64,000 nt of DNA from an uncultured Acidobacteriota bacterium (lineage in GTDB: Bacteria; Acidobacteriota; Vicinamibacteria; Vicinamibacterales; Fen-181). The position numbers were made by a program, and so were the translations under genes. Under the pieces are notes generated by a model. It saw nothing but the letters and a program-made list of their open reading frames with translations, was not told where the DNA came from and made no database searches. Below are positions 41,689 to 49,432 of the stretch, piece after piece. The first letter of the stretch is position 1; each line of letters opens with the position of its first letter. Location of the stretch: positions 1,174,270 to 1,238,269 of the forward strand of contig CAVQXT010000007.1 in the NCBI GenBank assembly GCA_963717945.1, written 5' to 3'.

Positions 41689-44600
41689 ATGTCCTACGTC
41701 GAGCTCCATACCGCCTCCGCCTTCAGTTTTCTCGAGGCGGCCTCGCTGCCCGAGGCGCTCGTCGCGCGCGCGGCCGAATTGGGCTACCCGGCCGTGGCGC
41801 TCGTCGACCGCGACGGCGTCCACGGCATGCCCCGGTTTCACAAGGCGGCTGTCGCGGCGGGCGTCCGCGCGATCGTGGGCTCCGAAATAAGCATCCGTAG
41901 TGGTCAGTGGTCAGTTGCCAGTGGCCAGTGTGTCACGCGTGATCGACTGACAACTGACAACTGGCCACTGGCAACTACATTTCGCCTCCCCGTCCTGATC
42001 GAATCCCGCGAGGGCTATCAGAACCTCTGTCGCCTGCTGACGCAGATGAACCTGCGGTCGCCGAAGGGCGAGGGCGCGCTCGCGCTCGAGGAACTCGACG
42101 GGCAGACGGCCGGGATGGTGGCGCTGGTTGGCCGCGAGGCGCTGCGCGGCGGGCGCCACGGCGTCGGCGGCCTGATCGACCGCCTCGTGGGAATCTTCGG
42201 CCCGTCGAACGTCTGCGTGGAGCTGCAGCGGCATTTCCTCCGCGACGAGGAGGCCGACAACGAGGCGCTGCGCTCGCTGGCCTCGGCGTTTCACGTGCCG
42301 GTCGTCGCCACAAACGGCGTGCGCTTCGCGGCGCCCGAGGACCGCCCGCTGTACGACGTGCTCACCTGCATCCGCCACAAGACGACGCTCGAGGCGGCCG
42401 GGCGGAAGCTGGCGGTCAACGCCGAGCGGTATCTCAAGCCGCGCGAGCGGATGGCGGAGCTGTTCCGCGACGTCCCCGAGGCGGTGGCCGGCGCCGAGGC
42501 GCTCGCCGACCGCCTCCGCTACACGATGGCGGACATCGGCTACCGCTTTCCCGACTACCCGGTGCCCGCGGGCGAAACGATGGGGTCGTTCCTGGGGAAG
42601 CTGACCGAGGCCGGGGCGCGCGAGCGGTATCGGCCGTACCACGAGCGGGCGAGGGCGCAGATCGCCCGCGAGCTGGCGCTCATCGACACGCTGAAGCTCT
42701 CCGGCTACTTCCTCATCGTCTGGGACCTGGTCAACTTCTGCCGGCAGCAGGGGATTCTCGCGCAGGGCCGCGGGTCGGCGGCCAACAGCGCCGTCTGCTA
42801 CAGCCTGGGGATCACGGCGGTGGACCCGGTGGGGATGGACCTGCTGTTCGAGCGGTTCCTCTCCGAGGAGCGCGGCGAGTGGCCCGACATCGACCTGGAC
42901 CTGCCGAGCGGCGACCGGCGGGAGCGCGTCATCCAGCACGTCTACGAGAAGTACGGACCGCGCGGGGCGGCGATGACCGCCAACGTCATCACCTACCGCG
43001 GCCGCAGCGCCGCGCGGGAAGTGGGGAAGACGCTCGGCATCGAGGCGGAGCAGGTGGACCGGCTCGCGAAGGTGATGCACCGGTTCGGCCACCTGGACGA
43101 GGGCGAGGACCTGGTCCGGCACATGGAAGCGGCCGGCGTGGACGCGGCGCGCCCGCGCATGCGGCTGTTCGGGGAGCTGTGGCAGCGGATCCAGGACCTG
43201 CCGCGCCACCTCGGGCAGCACTCGGGCGGCATGGTGGTCTGCCAGGGCCGTCTCGACGGCGTCGTCCCGCTCGAGAACGCCTCCATGCCCGGGCGCGTCG
43301 TCGTGCAGTGGGACAAGGACGACTGCGCCGACATGGGGATCGTGAAGATCGACCTGCTCGGCCTCGGCATGATGGCGGCGCTGCAGGACTCGCTCGGGAT
43401 GATCAACCGGCAGCGGCCGCGCGCGGACGCGCCGCTCGGGCTGTGGAACGTGCCGCCCGACGACCCGGACGTGTACCGGATGCTGCAGGCGGCCGACACG
43501 ATCGGCGTCTTCCAGGTGGAGTCGCGGGCGCAGATGGCGACGCTGCCGCGCCTCAAGCCCGCGAAGTTCTACGACCTGGTCGTCGAGGTCGCACTCATCC
43601 GGCCCGGGCCGATCACCGGGCAGATGGTGCACCCGTACCTGAACCGCCGCGCCGGCCGCGAGCCGGTCGTCTACGCGCACCCGTCGCTCGAGCCGATCCT
43701 CGCGCGCACGCTCGGCGTCCCGCTGTTCCAGGAGCAGCTGCTGCGGATCGCGATGGTGGCGGCGGGGTTCACCGGAGGGCAGGCCGAGGAGCTGCGGCGT
43801 GCGCTCGGCTTCAAGCGGTCGCGGGAGCGGATGAAGCAGATCGAGGTGAAGCTCCGCGCGGGGATGGCGCGAAACGGGATCACCGGCCAGGCGGCCGACC
43901 AGATCGTCGTGTCGATCACCTCGTTCGCGCTCTATGGGTTCCCCGAGTCGCACTCGGCCAGCTTCGCGCTGCTCGTCTACGCGAGCGCCTACCTCAAGGC
44001 GCACTTCCCGTCGGCCTTCTACGCGGCGCTGCTCAACAACCAGCCGATGGGGTTCTACAACCCGGCCACGCTGGTCAAGGACGCGCAGCGGCACGGCGTG
44101 CACTTCGCGCCGGTGGACGTCCAGGCGTCGGACTGGCGCTGCACGATCCAGGAGGACGGCACGGTGCGGCTCGGGCTGCGGTATGTCACGGGGCTCAGGG
44201 CGGAGACAGGACAGAAGATCGTTGTAGGGCGGGCCTTCAGGCCCGCCGACCACGAGGCAACCCTGAAGGGTCGCCCTACAGAACCGTGTGTAGGGCGGGG
44301 CTTCAGCCCTGCCGACCACGAGGCAACCCTGAAGGGTCGCCCTACAGAACCGTGTGTAGGGCGGGGCTTCAGCCCTGCCGACCACGAGGCAACCCTGAAG
44401 GGTCGCCCTACAGAACCGTGTGTAGGGCGGGGCTTCAGCCCTGCCGAAGGGGCGCCCGCCGGCCGTTTTCACTCAGTCGAGGATCTGATCGCCCGCACCG
44501 GGATCAACCGCGAGGAGCTGTCGGTGCTGGCGGAGATCGGCGCGCTCAACGCGTTCGGCTACACGCGGCGCGAGGCACTCTGGCAGGTCGAACGCGCGAT

Positions 44601-45153
44601 CCGCCCGACGGGCGAGCTCTACGAAGAAGGGACGCTTGTCCGCCGAAGCCTGGAAGGCGAAGGCGGAAGGGACGAGGGACGAGGGAGGAGGGACGAGGGA
44701 CGGGAGACGAGGGATGAACCCTGTCCGCTGCCCGACATGGGTGCCGTCGAGCGCGTCGTCGCCGACTACGAGGGGACCGGCCTGACGATCGGGCCGCACC
44801 CGATGGCGCTGCGCCGCGAGGAAATGAGCCTGCGCGGCGCGCTTCGAGCGTCCGATCTCGCGCGCCAGCGCGACGGCCGCCGCGTGCGCGTGGCCGGCGC
44901 CGTCATCACCAGGCAGCGCCCGGGCACGGCCAAGGGGTTCGTCTTCCTGACGATCGAGGACGAAACCGGCATCGCCAACATCATCATCAGGCCCGACCTG
45001 TTTGCCGAACGGCGCCTGATCGTCCTCCAGGAGCCGTTCCTGCTGGTCGAGGGGACGTTGCAGAACCAGGAGGGGGTCACTTCCATCCGCGCCGAGCGCC
45101 TGGAGGGGCTCGGGGGACGACAGGTGGTTGTTGACTCGCGGGATTTCTACTAG
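41689..45153 (+). CDS. dnaE2: error-prone DNA polymerase III alpha subunit DnaE2 (ImuC), carrying three in-frame repeat insertions
   Basis: MSYVELHTASAFSFLEAASLPEALV... (PHP domain), ...GYFLIVWDLV..., GRGSAANSAV, DIDLDL, HSGGMVV, then a C-terminal OB fold (GFVFLTIEDETG). 1154 aa. Confidence 0.95.
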   Translation: MSYVELHTASAFSFLEAASLPEALVARAAELGYPAVALVDRDGVHGMPRFHKAAVAAGVRAIVGSEISIRSGQWSVASGQCVTRDRLTTDNWPLATTFRLPVLIESREGYQNLCRLLTQMNLRSPKGEGALALEELDGQTAGMVALVGREALRGGRHGVGGLIDRLVGIFGPSNVCVELQRHFLRDEEADNEALRSLASAFHVPVVATNGVRFAAPEDRPLYDVLTCIRHKTTLEAAGRKLAVNAERYLKPRERMAELFRDVPEAVAGAEALADRLRYTMADIGYRFPDYPVPAGETMGSFLGKLTEAGARERYRPYHERARAQIARELALIDTLKLSGYFLIVWDLVNFCRQQGILAQGRGSAANSAVCYSLGITAVDPVGMDLLFERFLSEERGEWPDIDLDLPSGDRRERVIQHVYEKYGPRGAAMTANVITYRGRSAAREVGKTLGIEAEQVDRLAKVMHRFGHLDEGEDLVRHMEAAGVDAARPRMRLFGELWQRIQDLPRHLGQHSGGMVVCQGRLDGVVPLENASMPGRVVVQWDKDDCADMGIVKIDLLGLGMMAALQDSLGMINRQRPRADAPLGLWNVPPDDPDVYRMLQAADTIGVFQVESRAQMATLPRLKPAKFYDLVVEVALIRPGPITGQMVHPYLNRRAGREPVVYAHPSLEPILARTLGVPLFQEQLLRIAMVAAGFTGGQAEELRRALGFKRSRERMKQIEVKLRAGMARNGITGQAADQIVVSITSFALYGFPESHSASFALLVYASAYLKAHFPSAFYAALLNNQPMGFYNPATLVKDAQRHGVHFAPVDVQASDWRCTIQEDGTVRLGLRYVTGLRAETGQKIVVGRAFRPADHEATLKGRPTEPCVGRGFSPADHEATLKGRPTEPCVGRGFSPADHEATLKGRPTEPCVGRGFSPAEGAPAGRFHSVEDLIARTGINREELSVLAEIGALNAFGYTRREALWQVERAIRPTGELYEEGTLVRRSLEGEGGRDEGRGRRDEGRETRDEPCPLPDMGAVERVVADYEGTGLTIGPHPMALRREEMSLRGALRASDLARQRDGRRVRVAGAVITRQRPGTAKGFVFLTIEDETGIANIIIRPDLFAERRLIVLQEPFLLVEGTLQNQEGVTSIRAERLEGLGGRQVVVDSRDFY
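41897..41978. repeat. second copy of the palindromic heptamer element, inside the dnaE2 PHP domain
   Basis: gtagtggtcagtggtcagttgccagtggccag-TGTGTCACGCGTGATCGA-ctgacaactgacaactggccactggcaactac. Translated in frame as ...RSGQWSVASGQCVTRDRLTTDNWPLATT.... Confidence 0.85.
44224..44447. repeat. 3.4 tandem copies of a 66-bp unit made of two REP-like hairpins, in frame inside dnaE2
   Basis: GTAGGG unit starts at 44224, 44290, 44356 and 44422 (period exactly 66). Encodes (VGRGFSPADHEATLKGRPTEPC)x3. Confidence 0.9.
44652..44717. repeat. heptanucleotide array (GGGACGA units) inside dnaE2
   Basis: gggacga|gggacga|gggagga|gggacga|gggacgg|gagacga|gggatga, translated as EGEGGRDEGRGRRDEGRETRDE. Confidence 0.8.
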
Positions 45154-45274
45154 AAGTACGAAGTGCAGGGTGAATCTGCTTATCGTGCGACCGTGCGATC
45201 AGGCCATCTGGCGCCCCGTGACTCTCTCGAATGCGGGGGCCGCAAATCGCGAGCCGTAAGCCGTAAGCCGACTG

Positions 45275-45769
45275 CTACTCGCGATAGTTCCCAAACTGCA
45301 GCTCGACGCCGAAGTCCTCGGCGCGAAGCGCCGACATCACCGCCTGCAGCTCGTCGCGCGAGGGCGAGGAAATGCGCAGCTGGTCGCCCTGGATGGCCGG
45401 CTGGACCTTCCTCAGCTTCCGGTCCTTGATGAACTTGACGATCTCCCGGCCGGCTTCGATGGGGACGCCCTGCTGGAGGGTGATGACGCGCCGCACGGTG
45501 TCGTTCGCGCCGCGCTCGATCTCGCCGCGCTTGAGGTTCTTGATCGGAACCTTCCGGCGCACCATCCGCGTTTCCACCACCTCCCACAGCGCCTGCAGCT
45601 TGAACTCGTCGTCGGCGGTCAGCGTGAGTGTGCCCTCGGTGCGGTCGAAATCGATGGCCGCCTTCGAGCCCTTGAAGTCGTACCGCTGGCTCACTTCCTT
45701 GCGGGCCTGGTTGACGGCGTTGTCGACTTCCTGGAGGTCGACCGTGGAGGTGACGTCGAAAGATGGCAT
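45275..45769 (-). CDS. YajQ family nucleotide (cyclic-di-GMP)-binding protein
   Basis: MPSFDVTSTVDLQEVDNAVNQARKEVSQRYDFKGSKAAIDF... is the canonical UPF0234/YajQ N-terminus. Confidence 0.9.
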   Translation of the reverse strand: MPSFDVTSTVDLQEVDNAVNQARKEVSQRYDFKGSKAAIDFDRTEGTLTLTADDEFKLQALWEVVETRMVRRKVPIKNLKRGEIERGANDTVRRVITLQQGVPIEAGREIVKFIKDRKLRKVQPAIQGDQLRISSPSRDELQAVMSALRAEDFGVELQFGNYRE

Positions 45770-46013
45770 GAGGGAGATCTTACTGTATTCGGCCAGCACG
45801 GGCCTTCAGGCCCGAGCCTCCGGGTGAGAGCAAACGCCTGAAGGCCTGCGCCGACGGGAGAGGGCTGAACGGTCGCCAGCGACGGCGAACGGGACAGGCG
45901 GCGGGTTGAACGGGCAGAGGGGTGGCTGGGCGCCCTGAAAGCCTTGATTCGACAGGGCTTACGCCGATTCACCTCTTGCGCCGAACCTGCCTGGTCTGGT
46001 ACGATACCGCCTT

Positions 46014-47024
46014 ATGCGCAAGCTGCCCCTCGTGCAGTCGCTCCAGGTCATTCGGCAGGGCTCTCTCAACTGGAGGGCCGAGCGGCCCATCGTGGTGTCG
46101 TTCGAGGTCACCGACGCCTGCACCTGCTTCTGCAAGCACTGCGACCACGGCGGACTGCGCGACATGTCGCGCGACATGAAGCCGGCCGACTACAGCCGTT
46201 ACATGGAAGTCCTCAAGCCGGTCGTCGTCCAGGTGTCGGGCGGCGAGCCGCTGATGCGCGACGACCTGTCGGACGTCATCAGGGCCATCCGACGGCCCAA
46301 TGGCCTGCCGTTCCTCATCCTGGTGTCGAACTGGTCGCAGATGACGCCCGAGCGGTACAAGGAGTTGTGCGCGGCGGGGGTTGACCAGTTCAGCGTGAGC
46401 CTGGACTTCCCCGACGAGCGCCACGACGATTTTCGCGGTCACGCCGGGCTCTACGACCATCTCAGCCAGATCGTGCCGGCGGCCGCGAAGCTGGGCTACG
46501 ACAATATCTGCCTGAACAACTGCATCACGTCCGAGAACGTCGGGTGCATCAACGCCGCGGCCGACAAGGCGAAGGAGTGGGGCGTCAACATCAACTACAG
46601 CGCCTACTCGCCGCGCCGCACCGGCTGCCGCGACTACTTCCTGACGACGGCCGAGCAGCTCGACGCGCTGCGCGGCGAGCTGGCGCGCCTGAAGACGCGG
46701 ATCAACAGCCGCTGGGTGACCAACTCGCTCACGACGCTCGACGCGACCCAGAAGTACTTCGAGACCGGCGGGGCGGCCGGCTGCAAGGCCGGCCTGCGCT
46801 GGCTCGTCGTCACGTGCGACGGCAAGATGCAGCCCTGCTCGATGCAGTTCAAGCGCTACGAGCTCGACGAGCAGGCGAAGATGGTTCGCGAGTTCACCTC
46901 GCGCAACACGTGCGACGAGTGCTACGTGGCCATCCGGTCGAGCCTGGACAAGCCGTTCGCGCAGCTGCTGGCCGAGAACGTCAGCGGCTTCTTCTCTTTC
47001 AGCAACGACACGCCCGGGCGGTAG
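46014..47024 (+). CDS. radical SAM protein with C-terminal Cys-rich (SPASM-like) region
   Basis: TDACTCFCKHC (CxxxCxxC), SGGEPL, and C-terminal CKAG...CDGKMQPC...CDEC. Confidence 0.8.
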   Translation: MRKLPLVQSLQVIRQGSLNWRAERPIVVSFEVTDACTCFCKHCDHGGLRDMSRDMKPADYSRYMEVLKPVVVQVSGGEPLMRDDLSDVIRAIRRPNGLPFLILVSNWSQMTPERYKELCAAGVDQFSVSLDFPDERHDDFRGHAGLYDHLSQIVPAAAKLGYDNICLNNCITSENVGCINAAADKAKEWGVNINYSAYSPRRTGCRDYFLTTAEQLDALRGELARLKTRINSRWVTNSLTTLDATQKYFETGGAAGCKAGLRWLVVTCDGKMQPCSMQFKRYELDEQAKMVREFTSRNTCDECYVAIRSSLDKPFAQLLAENVSGFFSFSNDTPGR

Positions 47025-47051
47025 GCGCGGCCTGCCGTCCGATCCGCGCCA

Positions 47052-47081
47052 GACAGCGCAGGGCTTAAGCCCTGCGCTATC
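47052..47081. repeat. REP-like palindrome GACAGCGCAGGGCTT-AAGCCCTGCGCTATC
   Basis: A perfect 24-nt palindrome (47055-47078) between convergent genes. Confidence 0.8.
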
Positions 47082-47102
47082 GGCGACGCACCCCTGCGCT
47101 GT

Positions 47103-48246
47103 TCATTTCACCGCGGTCAGCGCGATCTCCACGAGCCCGTCGGGCGAGACGAGCCCGGCGGGGACCACGCTGGGCCTCTGCATGGCCGGCCCGAACACCT
47201 CGCGCCACGCCTTCATGACCTCGGGGACGTCCGCGGCGTTCGGAACGTAGACCACCCCGTCCGCGACGTCGGTCCAGCCGAACCCTGCCTTCTTCAGCGT
47301 GCGCGCGAGACGCGCGAGCGCTTCTCGCGCCTGCGCGACCGCGTTTCCGCGGGTCGCGTCTGTCGCGCCGAGCATTCCCGAGAGGAAGAGCCGATTCCCC
47401 ACGTGGATCGCCGAACTGAGGACCGGGCTCGGTGTCCCGGGCGTCCCGTCCGCATTCGGCGTCGTGATGGCCTCCCTGGTTCCGCCCCGCACGGCCAGCA
47501 GCGTGATCTCGACCAGGTGCGGGGCTGCCGTCAGTCCGGCTCTCACCGTCGCGCGGGCAGGCGGGCTGGACGGGAAGGCGCCGCGGTAGGCTGAGTTCAT
47601 CTCCTGGAACATCGCCGTGTCGGTGACGTAGACGCGCGCCGACACCACGTCGCCCATCGTCATGCCGGCGGCTCTCAGGATGTCGGCGGCGTTCTGCAGG
47701 ACCTGCCCGGTCTGCGCCGCCATGCCGCCGGCCACGACCGAGTTGTCGCGACCGTTCCGCGAGATCAGGCCCGAGAGGAACAGCGTGTCGCCGGACTCGA
47801 TCCCGTAGCTGTACGGGCTCGGCGGTTTCACCCATCCCGCCGGGAGGACGACGCGCCGATCGGCGCCCTCCGGCAGCGCGACGAGGCTCATCTCCACGAG
47901 CACCTCGGGCCGGAGCGGACTGACGACGACGGTCGTCCGTGTCGGCGGGTCCTTGGGCCAGTACCCGGGCGTAGACCTCGTTCATGGCGGCGAAGTCGGC
48001 CTGGCTGCGGAGGTACACGGTCACCGCGGCGACGCGCTCGAGCCGCGAGCCCTGTGCCGCCAGCCTCGCGGCGAGCGTGTCGAGCACCCGCGCCGTCTGG
48101 GCGCGCACGTCGCCGGTCACCACGTTCCCCGAGACGTCGTACGGCCCCGTCCCCGGGAGGTAGATGAGCCGATCCGGCGGCGGCGCCGCCGCGAGGAGCA
48201 CGGGCAGGCCGAGCAGAAGCAGGAGCGTCAGTGCGGGAGATCTCAT
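47103..48246 (-). pseudogene. exported protein with three tandem RidA/YjgF/L-PSP domains, frame broken by one extra nucleotide at about 47964
   Basis: MRSPALTLLLLLGLPVLLAAAPPPD...AAMNEVYAR then, after a +1 shift, YWPKDPPTRTTVVVSPLRPEVLVEMSLVAL..., continuous with ORF 47103..47903, which holds two further RidA-like domains. Confidence 0.8.
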
Positions 48247-48347
48247 GGCTGCCTCACCGGAGATGAAGACGCGGACCATCAGGTACAATGATCGAGGCCG
48301 CCGCGCACGGCAGCGCGTCGGCCGGACGAGCGGGAGCCTCCAGGGTG

Positions 48348-48740
48348 ATGATCGAACGGCGGCGATCGAAACTCCACGGCTGGGGCGTGTTCGCCACCAG
48401 CCGCATCACGAAGAACACGCGCATTATCCACTACGCGGGCGAGAAGATCACGCACCGCGAGAGCGCGAGGCGGGAGGTCGAGCACCTCCGACGCGGCCAT
48501 ATCTGGTGCTTCCACCTGAACAGCCGCTGGGTGATCGACGGGAGCCGGGGCGGCAACGACGCCCGGTTCATCAACCACTCGTGCACGCCGAACTGCTACG
48601 CGCAGATCATCGACGGCGTGATCTGGATCCGGGCGGCCAAGACGATCGAGCGCGGCGAGGAGTTGACCTACAACTACCAGACCGAGGGGGAGAAGACCAT
48701 CGCGTGCCAGTGCCGGCCGAACTGCCGGACGAGACTGTAA
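48348..48740 (+). CDS. SET domain protein (small bacterial SET with post-SET Cys cluster)
   Basis: MIERRRSKLHGWGVFATSRI..., RFINHSCTPNC, GEELTYNY, CQCRPNCR. Confidence 0.85.
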   Translation: MIERRRSKLHGWGVFATSRITKNTRIIHYAGEKITHRESARREVEHLRRGHIWCFHLNSRWVIDGSRGGNDARFINHSCTPNCYAQIIDGVIWIRAAKTIERGEELTYNYQTEGEKTIACQCRPNCRTRL

Positions 48741-49432
48741 TGAACGTCTTCTACCTGCACGGCTTCGGATCGTCCCCCGCGTCGGGCAAGGCCACGTTCC
48801 TGCGCGAACGGCTGTCGGCATACGCCATCGAGCTGCACGCCCCGGATTTCAACCAGCCCGACTTCACCACGCTTACGGCGACGCGAATGCTCTCGCAGCT
48901 CCGCACCGCAATCGACGCGCTGCCGGCCGGCCCGGTGGCGCTCGTCGGCTCGAGTCTTGGCGGCTTCCTGGCAATCCACGCCGCCGCGAGGCAGCCGGCC
49001 GCCACCACTCATCCGATCGCTCGCCTGGTTCTTCTCGCGCCCGCGGTCGACTTCGCGTCGGGGCGGGACGGCTGGCTGACCGACGCGGAGCTCGACGACT
49101 GGCGCCGCACCGACCGGCGCGAGGTCTTCCACTACGCCTACGGTCGGACGCTGCCCCTGGGCTTCGCGCTGTACGAAGACGCTCACGCCTACGACGCGTT
49201 CGCGGCGCGATTCGACATCCCCGCGCTGGTCTTCCAGGGCTCGGGAGACACGGTCGTGAACCCCGACCGCGTGAAGGCGTGGGCGGCGCCGCGCGCGAAC
49301 GTCACCCTGCGCATGGTCGAGGACACGCACCAGTTGCAGGAGAGCCTTCCGGCGATCTGGCAGGAGAGCGCGCCGTTGCTGGGCCTTGCCGGCGCCGACG
49401 CCGTTCCTGTCAGGCCAGCCGGCCGCGCTTGA
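48740..49432 (+). CDS. YqiA-like esterase (alpha/beta hydrolase)
   Basis: MNVFYLHGFGSSPASGKA..., GSSLGG. The ATG overlaps the SET gene's TAA (TAATG). Confidence 0.8.
   Translation: MNVFYLHGFGSSPASGKATFLRERLSAYAIELHAPDFNQPDFTTLTATRMLSQLRTAIDALPAGPVALVGSSLGGFLAIHAAARQPAATTHPIARLVLLAPAVDFASGRDGWLTDAELDDWRRTDRREVFHYAYGRTLPLGFALYEDAHAYDAFAARFDIPALVFQGSGDTVVNPDRVKAWAAPRANVTLRMVEDTHQLQESLPAIWQESAPLLGLAGADAVPVRPAGRA

Noticed and set aside
44224-44447. CRISPR array
   Set aside because: The 66-bp units are directly abutting and near-identical, with no unique spacers. They lie in frame inside dnaE2, and there are no cas genes in the window.
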